From positions 352,001 through 416,000 of the forward strand of contig CAWIGG010000004.1 of the NCBI GenBank assembly GCA_963835575.1: a DNA stretch of 64,000 bases. The letters are read 5' to 3'. Source of the DNA: an uncultured Spirochaetota bacterium. GTDB taxonomy: Bacteria > Spirochaetota > Brevinematia > Brevinematales > JAOACQ01. A program made the translations under genes and the position numbers. Below the pieces are notes generated by a model. The model searched no databases. It was not told the DNA's origin and worked only from the letters and a program-made list of their open reading frames with translations. This document shows positions 39,430 to 49,060 of the stretch, in pieces; the first letter of the stretch is position 1; each line of letters begins with the position of its first letter.

Positions 39430-39801
39430 ATGGATATTTTCAAAGCGGTTAAAATGGGCGACTTAAACGCCGTGGAAGATTATATAAAAGAAGGAGGCAA
39501 TGTCAATGCTAGGGATTTTTATTATATGACCCCGCTTATCGCGGCGGCTGATGAAGAGCGCGCAGACATTGTCAAGCTCCTTATTAAATCAAAAGCCGAT
39601 ATCAACGCAAAAGATAAATTGGGACAGACAGCTCTATATTTAGCAGCGGGTAGAAATGATTTGGAAATCGCAAAACTCCTGATCGAAGCAAAAGCCGATC
39701 TCAATGTAAAAGCTTTAAACGATTTGACAGCATATCAGACCGCGGCTGAAAATGGACTGGATAAAGTCGCCGAACTGCTTAAAAAATCCGGCGCGAGATA
39801 A
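39430..39801 (+). CDS. Ankyrin-repeat protein
   Basis: TPLIAAA, ADINAKD and TALYLAA repeats. Confidence 0.9.
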   Translation: MDIFKAVKMGDLNAVEDYIKEGGNVNARDFYYMTPLIAAADEERADIVKLLIKSKADINAKDKLGQTALYLAAGRNDLEIAKLLIEAKADLNVKALNDLTAYQTAAENGLDKVAELLKKSGAR

Positions 39802-39828
39802 GAAATTAATTCAATAGGATTAATTGAA

Positions 39829-40611
39829 ATGGACGATTCTATCTATAAAAAATCGGTTGAATGCTTAAAGAAGGACTTATTAAAGCATCACCCGACTTTA
39901 AAATATCTTTCCTTATATCATGACAATGCCGATGTCAATTTAATCGAGGACGACACGGATTGGGCCGTACTATCTGCCATGCCGGCCGGCATCCTTTCCT
40001 ATGATACCGCCCATTATCCACAGGCTGAAACAGCCATTTTCATTAACGGGACCTCCGACAGACTGAAATACAAATTATTAGACACGCTGACAAAACGAAA
40101 TTATATACTCAGATTAAACGAGAATCTGGATTTATCCCCTTATAACGACCGGTTTAAAATTACAAATGGAAATTCGTTTTCATTCTATACCTGTCCGGCA
40201 TCCGATAATATCCACATAGACGGTAATATAGACGGAAATTCCGTAATCACGGATGAAGCGGCCGGAATGATCATGAGAAACGGCTATAATGAAGAAGATA
40301 TAAAAAAATACTTCCAAACCGGCGCCGTATGGTTCGGCCTCAAAAAAAACGGCAAAATCATAAGCATCTGTTTTATCTATCAAAACTACGGTGATATCTG
40401 GGAAATCGCGGGCGTTCACACACTGGAAGAGGAAAGGAATAAAGGATACGCCCGTATTGTTGTTTCTTCAGCCCTCAAATACATTTTGGAAAGAAATCTT
40501 ATCCCTGTATATGTGCCCGATGCCCTGAATGTCAATTCAATAAAACTCGCCTTAAGCCTCGGAATGAATAAATTCCTGCTTCTGGAGCATTTTTTATTAA
40601 GCCCGTTGTGA
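39829..40611 (+). CDS. GNAT acetyltransferase (C-terminal domain)
   Basis: VHTLEEERNKGYA and N..SIKLA..LG. Confidence 0.8.
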   Translation: MDDSIYKKSVECLKKDLLKHHPTLKYLSLYHDNADVNLIEDDTDWAVLSAMPAGILSYDTAHYPQAETAIFINGTSDRLKYKLLDTLTKRNYILRLNENLDLSPYNDRFKITNGNSFSFYTCPASDNIHIDGNIDGNSVITDEAAGMIMRNGYNEEDIKKYFQTGAVWFGLKKNGKIISICFIYQNYGDIWEIAGVHTLEEERNKGYARIVVSSALKYILERNLIPVYVPDALNVNSIKLALSLGMNKFLLLEHFLLSPL

Positions 40612-41364
40612 TTGAAAATGTTTCATAAACCAGCCGTTAACCAGACCGATTAAAGCGTCATAATACCCGATAAAGCTGTGCCCGGCGCCGTCTATTATTT
40701 CAAGCCTTGAGCCGGCCGGAAGCAGCCTTAACGCCTTTTCAGAATTAAGAGCGAGCAGCCTTTCTTCCTCATCGCCATCGCCATGAATCATCAAAACAGG
40801 GCAGGCAATATTTTTGAATAATTCCTTTTGATCGATGGCTTCAATATCTTGAAAAACCTGTTTATCAATGATGACTTTTTTTCTTTGTCCCTCTGTTTTA
40901 ATTTCCGTAATACAGCCATTCAATTCAAGCTCTCTCAGCTGATCTTCAGAGTAATACTCGCTTAAATTATACTTCATCGGGCCGGTCAGCGCACCCGATA
41001 CAGCTATGGCCGCGATTCCGGGTTTGAAGCATTTCAGGCAGATCAGGCCGCCCAGGCTGTGTCCGTACAGAGCTATTTTATCATAGCTCTTAGATTTTAT
41101 AAATTCGACGGCCGAATATAAATTGTCCGTTTCCTTATCGATTGTAATGCTGTCGTCACCGCTTTCGCCGCAGCCGCTGAAATCAAAAGTCAGGGCGCCG
41201 AAACCGGATTGATTAAAGACCTGTACCAGGGCCTGTGACCTTCCTCTGGATATTTGATCGGAAGCCAGTCCATGGCATAATATGATGACATTCCCGGAGT
41301 CAGAGGGATAGAGATTGCCGGCTAATAGCTTATTCCTGGAATTGGGAAAAAATACGCGTTCCAT
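40597..41364 (-). CDS. Alpha/beta hydrolase
   Basis: CHG, FDFSGCGES, GHSLGG, HGDGD and GAGH. Confidence 0.88.
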   Translation of the reverse strand: MERVFFPNSRNKLLAGNLYPSDSGNVIILCHGLASDQISRGRSQALVQVFNQSGFGALTFDFSGCGESGDDSITIDKETDNLYSAVEFIKSKSYDKIALYGHSLGGLICLKCFKPGIAAIAVSGALTGPMKYNLSEYYSEDQLRELELNGCITEIKTEGQRKKVIIDKQVFQDIEAIDQKELFKNIACPVLMIHGDGDEEERLLALNSEKALRLLPAGSRLEIIDGAGHSFIGYYDALIGLVNGWFMKHFQSQRA

Positions 41365-41373
41365 AAAAAAACC

Positions 41374-41796
41374 TTAAACATTCCGCTTTTGAACAAACCA
41401 CTCAAACGCTGATATCAATGTCAGATTATTATTTGAATCGTAAATTTCTACATTCACTGTCAGTATCGAGCGGCCTTTGCCGGTCATGTCATTTCTGACT
41501 TTTGCTATTTCCTTTTCATCCATAAAGGCTTTTGAATAAATCTTTCCTTCGGCCGGCTTTTTATACTTCAATTCGGCTTTTCTCACTACAGGAATGATAT
41601 TATCGGTATATTCACTGAATGTCCTTAGAAGGAATTCGCCGCTCGAGGCTTCCGCCAGCGCGAATTGGGCGCTCGCATGGATTGTTCCGATATGATTCAG
41701 ATATTGACCGGACCGGTCCAATTCCAATAACCGGCCTTCCTCTTGAGAGTGTTTTATTCCAATAAAAGAATTAAATGGTATCAAGACAACATCCAT
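41374..41796 (-). CDS. Hot-dog-fold thioesterase-like protein (PaaI/YiiD-like)
   Basis: NHIGTIHASAQFALAE and YKKPA. Confidence 0.75.
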   Translation of the reverse strand: MDVVLIPFNSFIGIKHSQEEGRLLELDRSGQYLNHIGTIHASAQFALAEASSGEFLLRTFSEYTDNIIPVVRKAELKYKKPAEGKIYSKAFMDEKEIAKVRNDMTGKGRSILTVNVEIYDSNNNLTLISAFEWFVQKRNV

Positions 41797-42211
41797 TAAA
41801 AATCTCCCTGATTTTTTATTTTTCCGGACAGAATTCGAACAGTTCAAAAAACCACAGTTTTTACCACTGCAATTGCGGCGCAGAATCATGCGGCTGATCT
41901 CATTAATTATTATTTTCTCTTTTTCTTTTCACTTTATTTCACCTCAGCGGTCTGCTTTTTTTATGATTGCCCTGTTTTTTAATAACCGGTTTTTCTTTTA
42001 TTTCTTCCTTTTTTATTTTTCTGTTTTATTATTCACCACATAATTTATAATGTCAAAGCTTTTTTTCCAAATAAAAGATAATGACACTGCGTTTAAATTT
42101 CAAGATATCGCCGGTTCAAAAACACCGGCTTTTATGGCTGCCCTTTCTATCCGAAATGCTGGTTTAAAGTCTGCATAAATACAACTTAAACCGGCCTTGA
42201 GCCTGTTTTCC

Positions 42212-42240
42212 TTGACTTTCAAGGGATTCTTTCTTATGAT
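42212..42240 (+). promoter_or_regulatory. Putative sigma70 promoter just left of the IS
   Basis: TTGACT-N17-TATGAT. Confidence 0.55.
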
Positions 42241-42256
42241 TTTATGAATTATATAT

Positions 42257-44022
42257 GGCCCTACTGCAAAAACAATCCTACCGATTCATGTACAAAAGTT
42301 GCATAACTCGTTATAATATATGCACATGAATCAGAGAGAGGTCAAAATGTTCAAGCTGAATCAGAGACATATAGAACAGGATTTATATCCGGTAAGATAT
42401 GAAATGAACCAGGAAATGAGAGAAAGTTTAAATGAAAGCTGGGCCGGGCTTTTTTACCAGAAAGTTTTCTCAAAAATAAATGAGCGGAAGTTTGCTCCAC
42501 TATATGACCCAAAACTTGGTAGGAGTAATTTCCCGGTCAACATATTAGCCGGGCTGGAAATCATGAAAGAGCTATTCTCTCTGACCGATGAACAGTTGTT
42601 TGAGCGGTATCGATATGATTTATCGTTTCGATACGCGCTGGGATTGGAAGACATCAACGCGCAGCAGATGTCGATCAGGACGTTATACTATTTTCGTGCC
42701 GCTGTGGCGGAGAATCAGGACGGGCTTTTTGACGTTATATTTGATGAGTTTCGGGATCTTTTAATTGGAGAGGTCGGGATCAAAACCGGACTGCAGAGGA
42801 CAGATTCTGTAATGATTGGGGCCAATATCAAGCGGCTGAATCGGGTTATGCTGTTTCATAAAGTGTTGTCCAATATGGCGGAAGATGTTTCCAATGCTGG
42901 ATTTTCCTTAAGTGAAAGATGTAAGGATTTTCTAAAACAAAATGAGGACGGATTCAGTTATCGACTGAAAAAGGAGAATTACGAATCGAAAACGGTGGAA
43001 ATTGGCGAGGAAATATTCGGGCTGATTACAGAGAACGTGTTTCACAATAAAGTCAGGAAACAAAAGAGTTTCCGGCAGGCAATGAGACTTTTGCGGGAAC
43101 AATGCCGGATAGAAAAAGAAGGCAAGGTGACGCTGAAGCTGCCGCGGGAAATCAAAGCCTCATCGATGCAGTCGCCGGTGGACGAAGACGCGACCTACCG
43201 GGAGAAGCGGGGAAAACAGTATGTCGGGTATAAGGTGAACGCGGTTGAAACCTGTGACCCTCAAAATCCGATGCAGGTGATTACCAGCATAGAAACCGCA
43301 TCAAATAATGCTGACGATGGGGATTTATTCCGCAGGCAACTATCTAATTTAAAAAAGGAAACGAATATTGAAACAGCGATAAGCGATGGCGGTTATAATT
43401 CTGAAGACCTTCGGAATGAGAGCGGCGAAGACGTTCAACTGGTAATGAGCGCGATACGCGGCGTCGATCTGGAAGGGATAAAAAACAAAGCGAAACTTTC
43501 TGAGTATACAGACCCAAAAACCGGCAAATATGGGATGTGTCCGGCGGGAGAAATCCCGAATAGCATTATTGAAAATGAAGATGGTTCCGTGGTATTGAAT
43601 TTTGATGTAAAAAAATGTGCCGCCTGCGATAAGAAAGAAAATTGTCTGGCCTGTGTCGGCAAGAAGCAAAGTCGGCTGGTAATAGACGCCAAAAGGGAAT
43701 GGATGGATGAATTTTTGGAATTGATATGTATGGATGCAGGAAAATTTCTGATGGGACTACGCCCTGCCGTAGAAGGATTGATGAGTTTATTGAAACCAAA
43801 GTATTTGAGCGGCAGGATTTTGTTCCGTGGTCTGGTAAAAGTCAAAACCCGCATGCTTTTAAGGGGAATCGGGATTAATTTCAAGAGATATCGGGGCTAT
43901 TTGGCTGATAAATCGAAGGCTGCCGCCGACATGGCCTTTGATTTCTTAATCTTTTTCCTTGTGCGGTTGAAAATTTGCCGGAATATCCCCTATGCTTGTG
44001 TTTGAATTTTTTCAGCAGGGCC
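42257..44022 (+). mobile_element. IS1182-like insertion sequence
   Basis: Terminal IRs GGCCCTACTGCAAAAA / TTTTTTCAGCAGGGCC; no unambiguous TSD. Confidence 0.8.
42347..44005 (+). CDS. DDE transposase (IS1182/IS5-like)
   Basis: GR..FP, RTDS, DEDATYR.K, GYK, DGGY, CPAG..C..C..C and RPAVEG. Confidence 0.85.
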   Translation: MFKLNQRHIEQDLYPVRYEMNQEMRESLNESWAGLFYQKVFSKINERKFAPLYDPKLGRSNFPVNILAGLEIMKELFSLTDEQLFERYRYDLSFRYALGLEDINAQQMSIRTLYYFRAAVAENQDGLFDVIFDEFRDLLIGEVGIKTGLQRTDSVMIGANIKRLNRVMLFHKVLSNMAEDVSNAGFSLSERCKDFLKQNEDGFSYRLKKENYESKTVEIGEEIFGLITENVFHNKVRKQKSFRQAMRLLREQCRIEKEGKVTLKLPREIKASSMQSPVDEDATYREKRGKQYVGYKVNAVETCDPQNPMQVITSIETASNNADDGDLFRRQLSNLKKETNIETAISDGGYNSEDLRNESGEDVQLVMSAIRGVDLEGIKNKAKLSEYTDPKTGKYGMCPAGEIPNSIIENEDGSVVLNFDVKKCAACDKKENCLACVGKKQSRLVIDAKREWMDEFLELICMDAGKFLMGLRPAVEGLMSLLKPKYLSGRILFRGLVKVKTRMLLRGIGINFKRYRGYLADKSKAAADMAFDFLIFFLVRLKICRNIPYACV

Positions 44023-44639
44023 ATTTATTAAAATATCTGCCTTTATTTTTTCTTCTCTTAATGTCCTGCACAACTTCTGCGAAAAATTCAAATGAGCGGA
44101 CTATATACAAAAATGAAGAATTCGGAATTGTGGGAAAAAACGCAGGGCTTCCGGATGATATAAGGAAAATCTATATCTCTTATTTTACGGATTTTATTTC
44201 CAATGACCAGGTTATTACAGAATTTGATAAAAAACTCAGGTTTTATATTGAGCAGAATAACAAAGAAGTTGTAAAAAAGATCAAATTCAGCCAGGCGGTT
44301 ATACTGGGAAGCATAGACTCTTTCAAAATATCTCCCGGCGGAAAGATTACAAACATTGATTCCCTGTATTATTTACTGATCCTTCATTATTCGGTCTTAA
44401 ACAATGAGAGAAAATATTATCAGAAAGATAGAATGATAAGGGAAGAAATACTGGTGATGGATACAAATAAATATCTATACAGGGATGCTCTATCGGCGCT
44501 TGTCGATAATGCGGCCAAACATACGGCGGAAGCAGTCCTTTTCGGCTGGCAGCTTGAATATTCACGGACTGAAAAAACCATCTATACTTTGGGAGAAAAT
44601 CAATATGAAACCAATAATAGCACTAACCGGTCCAGGTGA
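43992..44639 (+). CDS. LptE-like lipoprotein; current 5' end lies inside the IS end
   Basis: Hydrophobic stretch with lipobox LMSC; IRKIYISYF motif; directly upstream of holA. Confidence 0.55.
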   Translation: MLVFEFFQQGHLLKYLPLFFLLLMSCTTSAKNSNERTIYKNEEFGIVGKNAGLPDDIRKIYISYFTDFISNDQVITEFDKKLRFYIEQNNKEVVKKIKFSQAVILGSIDSFKISPGGKITNIDSLYYLLILHYSVLNNERKYYQKDRMIREEILVMDTNKYLYRDALSALVDNAAKHTAEAVLFGWQLEYSRTEKTIYTLGENQYETNNSTNRSR

Positions 44640-45531
44640 GATAACTAAAAAGGAAGAACTCAATAATATTTTAAAAGATATCAATAAAAAAGATATTTCT
44701 ATCTACTATGCCGATGAAACAGAATTTGGTTTTATATTTTCAGAATGCCTGCAGAATTCCCTTTTCAGTACCCGGAATGTCATAGTGGTAAAAAATATAG
44801 ACGCTTTAAAGGATAGTGAAAAGAAAAAAATGGAAGATGCTTTAGTAAATTATATGGATTCAATTAATCCCAATACAATTTTAATCCTTGTATCGGAAGA
44901 ATTTTCGCAGAGGGTTGCAAAAAAGATACAGGAAACAGGTGAATTAATTGAATGTAAAAAGATGTACAAAAATGACCTTCTGAGGCATATTAATATTCAG
45001 TTCAAAGAAAAAGGCATAAAATATGAACAGGAACTTCCTGATTTTATATTATATTTAAGTAATGATGATGAATGGGAATCCGAGAATATGCTCCAGAGTT
45101 TACTGGCTTTTGCAGAGAAGGGAAAGGTCATCAGCATTGAAGAAGCAAAAGCGCTTTTATTCCGTTCGGGTAATTTAACTATCTTTGATTTGATTGACGG
45201 GATTTTTGAAAAAAATATGAAAAAAGCGATTTTAGCCCTTTCTGATTTGAAGAAAGGGGATGAACCGGTAACCCATATTATTTATATGATAATGAGAAGC
45301 GCAAAACTATTATGGTCGTATCTTTCTTTAAAAGAAAAAAATGATACTGCAGATCAGATGCGCATAAAACCTTATGAGTTAAAACGAATCAGGGAGTATG
45401 CAAGGACATCAGATTTAAAATTTCTCAGCAGAATTTTTGAATTTTTAAGCAGTCTTGAAATAAAGGCCAAGTCAATGCAAAGCGATTTTTCATATCTGGA
45501 GATTGAAAATCTCACCTATACTTTAAATTAA
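44605..45531 (+). CDS. holA: DNA polymerase III delta subunit
   Basis: SLFSTRNVIVVK and TIFDLIDGI; length and context fit. Confidence 0.75.
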   Translation: MKPIIALTGPGEITKKEELNNILKDINKKDISIYYADETEFGFIFSECLQNSLFSTRNVIVVKNIDALKDSEKKKMEDALVNYMDSINPNTILILVSEEFSQRVAKKIQETGELIECKKMYKNDLLRHINIQFKEKGIKYEQELPDFILYLSNDDEWESENMLQSLLAFAEKGKVISIEEAKALLFRSGNLTIFDLIDGIFEKNMKKAILALSDLKKGDEPVTHIIYMIMRSAKLLWSYLSLKEKNDTADQMRIKPYELKRIREYARTSDLKFLSRIFEFLSSLEIKAKSMQSDFSYLEIENLTYTLN

Positions 45532-45562
45532 GAAAGTCTTTTTAAATCAGTCATAAAAGATC

Positions 45563-45596
45563 GATGGACGGACTCCTTTGCGGAAATCCGTCCATC
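45563..45596. terminator. Stem-loop between convergent holA and tRNA-Lys
   Basis: GATGGACGGA-N14-TCCGTCCATC. Confidence 0.6.
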
Positions 45597-45692
45597 AGCG
45601 GAGGTGCGATAATCTTTTAAGATTACGTATAAAAACCATGGTTTTTTAGTATTAAAATGTCAAGAATTTTATTTTTTAAGATATAAAGGATT

Positions 45693-45765
45693 TGAGCCGC
45701 CTGGGGATCGAACCCAGGGCCCTCACATTAAAAGTGTGATGCTCTACCAACTGAGCTAGCGGCCC
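45693..45765 (-). tRNA. tRNA-Lys(TTT), CCA not encoded
   Basis: GGGCCGCTAGCTCAGTTGGTAGAGCATCACACTTTTAATGTGAGGGCCCTGGGTTCGATCCCCAGGCGGCTCA folds as a cloverleaf. Confidence 0.95.
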
Positions 45766-45797
45766 AAACTATTCTTTATAATTTACGAAGGGTGAAT

Positions 45798-45826
45798 ATT
45801 ATAACAAATTCTCTTTGTACCGTCAA
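45798..45826 (-). promoter_or_regulatory. Putative sigma70 promoter of tRNA-Lys
   Basis: TTGACG-N17-TATAAT on the minus strand. Confidence 0.65.
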
Positions 45827-46830
45827 GATTTTACAGCGCTGCGCTGGCTTGCTTTAGACCCTTTTAGATTTTTATCAAAAGTCTGCCTGAGCATGAATGT
45901 TATTGGTGCGGCTATGAAAATAGAGGAATATGTTCCATCTATGATTCCAATCAGCAGAAGCAGTGCGAAATTCTTCAGTACTATTCCGCCCCAGATAAAT
46001 ACTGCTAGAACTACTAAGAATACAGTTAATGATGTAATAATAGTCCTGCTGAGGGTTTGTGTAATACTTCTGTCCATAATATTCTCATAATCGCCGTCTT
46101 TATTTAAGCCATGCAGTTCCCTGATTCTGTCAAAAACCACTATAGTATCATTAACAGAATAACCTAAAATTGTGAGTAGTGCCGCTATAATTGTAATATC
46201 AATCGGGATGTTCAAAAACAGGGTAAAAGAAAGCATGACCAGGACGTCATGAAAGAGAGCACCGACAGCCCCGGCGCCATAGAAGAAGTCAAATCGAAAG
46301 ATGATGTATAAGAGGATCAAACCAGCGGTGATGAGTATGAGGTAAAAAGATTTAAGACCGAAATCAAGCCCTATCCTTGCATCAACCTTTTCTGAGCCTT
46401 TTACTGTAACATTATCTGTTCCAAAATTTTTACCAAGAAAACCGGTGATCATTTCTACTTCATTGGATGAACTTGCATTGACAATAAGCGGTAATGTAAT
46501 CATGAAATGTTTTTCGGAAGGATTCCCAACAGTATTGATATCAGCTTCCAGTTTTTGGTCTGTAAATACTTTTCTGACATCATTTATTGTTAAATCACTT
46601 TTATTGATCTGGACTTCAACTTTAATACCGCCTTTGAAATCGATACCGAGGGAAAAGCCTCCTCTCATAACATAAAGGACGATACCGACAATAATTATAA
46701 CTAATGATAAGCTGAATGAAAACCATCTCATGGTAATAAACGGAATGACTGTAGTAATATTTATACCGAATATTCTCGTTTGATGATCATCTTTTACCGA
46801 AAGTGCAGTATCTTTATTTTGAGTGTTCAT
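45823..46830 (-). CDS. secF: Protein translocase subunit SecF
   Basis: LGIDFKGG, FHDV, GYSVNDTIVVFDRIRE and QTLSRTIITS. Confidence 0.95.
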   Translation of the reverse strand: MNTQNKDTALSVKDDHQTRIFGINITTVIPFITMRWFSFSLSLVIIIVGIVLYVMRGGFSLGIDFKGGIKVEVQINKSDLTINDVRKVFTDQKLEADINTVGNPSEKHFMITLPLIVNASSSNEVEMITGFLGKNFGTDNVTVKGSEKVDARIGLDFGLKSFYLILITAGLILLYIIFRFDFFYGAGAVGALFHDVLVMLSFTLFLNIPIDITIIAALLTILGYSVNDTIVVFDRIRELHGLNKDGDYENIMDRSITQTLSRTIITSLTVFLVVLAVFIWGGIVLKNFALLLLIGIIDGTYSSIFIAAPITFMLRQTFDKNLKGSKASQRSAVKS

Positions 46831-46841
46831 CTTTATACTCC

Positions 46842-48383
46842 TCAGACGCTGATTTTTTCCATCTTAAATGTATCTAATACCCAGTCAAATACAAGACGGG
46901 TTATAAAAAGAGCCGCATAGACATTGCTGAGAATTCCGAATGTAAATGTGATTCCGAAACCTTTTATGGATCCGGTACCGAAAATATAAAGCGCTAATCC
47001 GGCCATTAGTGTGGTAAAATTGGAATCCCAGATGGTTGCGCTGGCGTGATGGAAACCATTTTCCAGGGCATGCCTGTAATTTCGCGAACAACGCAGTTCC
47101 TCTCTAATACGCTCGTAGATGATGACATTCGCATCAACAGCGATGCCGACAGTAATTGCAAAGCCGACGATTCCGGACAACGTCAGGGTTGCTCTCATTC
47201 CGGCCAAAAGCGCGACAACAAACAGCAAATGAAAAGAGAGCGCTACAATGGAGATGACTCCCGATCCTTTGTAATATAGGATAATGAAAAGCACTACAAT
47301 TGCGGCGCCGATTATAGCGGCTAAAGAACTTTCTTTTATCGAATCATCACCCAGGCTGGACCCGATTACCCTTTCCTGAACGATATCCATTTTTACAGGG
47401 AGTGAACCGGCTTTTAATACATTGGCCAGAAAAACAGCTTCTTCTGTTGTAAAGTCGCCGGTAATTTGTCCGCTTCCGCCCGATATTTCACTCTGTATTG
47501 TCGGGGCGCTTTTTACTTTTTCATCCAGTACTATAGCGAGCCTGTTTTGAATATTTTGACCGGTCACTTCGCCGAATATATCAGCGCCTTCCGGTGAAAG
47601 CTCAAATGATACAAGGTTTCTTCCATACTGATCATGATCTGCGCGGGCATTTTTTATCATTGTCCCGTCTAATTCCACTTTTTTAAATAATACATACCAG
47701 CCTTTCAGTTTTGGAATACCGAATTCATCATTTTCCCAATAAGAATACCAGTCTGATTCTGGGGGTAATTGAAAATTAACCGGTACATCCTGACGGGAAT
47801 TAAGATATCCCTTACTTGAAAAAGGAACATTAAGTGCCTGCAGCTGCTTCATTGTCTTTTCATCAACAATCCTGAATTCAAGCCTTCCAACTTTACTTAA
47901 AGCTTCTCTTATCAGCTGGGGATTGCTTAAGCCCGGAAGCTCAATGGATATCCTTCCTTCAAATGTTTTCCGGATCAGAGGTTCGGCCACGCCGAACTGG
48001 TCCATTCTATTTTTCAGGACTTCAAGCGCCCGTTCAGCCGCATTCGCGTATTCTGCTTTATAGTCTGCTTCAACTTTGCCTTTATCAAAATCATTTTTCT
48101 CAAGCAGTTGATTTGTCAGGTTTTCATCATTGATCTGAAGGATAAGACTGACGCCGCCCTGAAGGTCCAGTCCAAGGTTCAGAGCGCCTTTCCTGATATT
48201 TTTTATCTGTATCACCCTTTTTCTTATTTCAACACTCTGAGTATCAAGCTGGTCCTGTGTTAATTTAAGAAGATCTTTATCTTTTTGCGGGAGAAAAAAA
48301 TACCATTGAACTGAAGGCGTCAATAACCATATTGATATACCAACTGTAATGAGCAGAATTATGAATCGCGTTAATTTATTCAT
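46842..48383 (-). CDS. secD: Protein translocase subunit SecD
   Basis: LGLDLQGG, FGVAEP, AIVLD and AVDANVIIYERIREE. Confidence 0.95.
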   Translation of the reverse strand: MNKLTRFIILLITVGISIWLLTPSVQWYFFLPQKDKDLLKLTQDQLDTQSVEIRKRVIQIKNIRKGALNLGLDLQGGVSLILQINDENLTNQLLEKNDFDKGKVEADYKAEYANAAERALEVLKNRMDQFGVAEPLIRKTFEGRISIELPGLSNPQLIREALSKVGRLEFRIVDEKTMKQLQALNVPFSSKGYLNSRQDVPVNFQLPPESDWYSYWENDEFGIPKLKGWYVLFKKVELDGTMIKNARADHDQYGRNLVSFELSPEGADIFGEVTGQNIQNRLAIVLDEKVKSAPTIQSEISGGSGQITGDFTTEEAVFLANVLKAGSLPVKMDIVQERVIGSSLGDDSIKESSLAAIIGAAIVVLFIILYYKGSGVISIVALSFHLLFVVALLAGMRATLTLSGIVGFAITVGIAVDANVIIYERIREELRCSRNYRHALENGFHHASATIWDSNFTTLMAGLALYIFGTGSIKGFGITFTFGILSNVYAALFITRLVFDWVLDTFKMEKISV

Positions 48384-48416
48384 GAACAAACCTCCAATAG
48401 AAACAGATCGGGAAAT

Positions 48417-48737
48417 TTATTGATTTTTAATGATCGCCGCGATCGATTCTTTGGCGATCTCCAGTTTCGAGTCCAAGCTTTTGATATAGACCGTTTTTTC
48501 GGAAATAAAATCAATTGTGCCGTAGATCCCGCTGTTTGTCAGTATTTTATCCCCCATTTTCATCTGGCTGATCTGCTGTTTCAATTTTTTTACCCTGTTT
48601 CTTTCCGGCAGGAATAAAACGAGATATATGATAACAAACATTCCTATGATCACAACAATCTGACCAACTCCGGAGCCGAGAAGCTGTCCCGGGTTCGGAA
48701 CTGGCGCTGTCTGCGCGAATAATCCTAAATTTAACAT
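48417..48737 (-). CDS. yajC: Preprotein translocase subunit YajC
   Basis: TM segment plus GDKILTNSGIYGTI; upstream of secD. Confidence 0.9.
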   Translation of the reverse strand: MLNLGLFAQTAPVPNPGQLLGSGVGQIVVIIGMFVIIYLVLFLPERNRVKKLKQQISQMKMGDKILTNSGIYGTIDFISEKTVYIKSLDSKLEIAKESIAAIIKNQ

Positions 48738-48785
48738 TGTATCCTCCCCTTTTGCAGTACCCTGCATAAATTAAAATTAGGAAAT

Positions 48786-48814
48786 ATTATAGATGAAAAA
48801 TTAAAAACCGTCAA
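48786..48814 (-). promoter_or_regulatory. Putative sigma70 promoter of yajC-secDF
   Basis: TTGACG-N17-TATAAT on the minus strand. Confidence 0.6.
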
Positions 48815-49060
48815 TTGAATGAATAGATTTAATAAGCGCAGAAAAGAGAAATCCTTTACCTGAATGCATAATTTTTCATTAAACAAATCGATTTATTTTA
48901 ATATTATAATCATTATTTATCAGTTTTTATTAATTAAACAGCATAAAAAATTAATAATATAATGTGAATAAATCGTTTAATTTATGTGATGACAAACATT
49001 TGATATTTTGAGCAAAAATGTTTATAATTAAGCCGTTAATTTATAGAGCGGGGTACACAT

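Noticed and set aside
41890..42210. Pyrimidine-rich intergenic stretch with small hairpins as an ncRNA or gene
   Set aside because: No recognisable RNA family motif or credible ORF.
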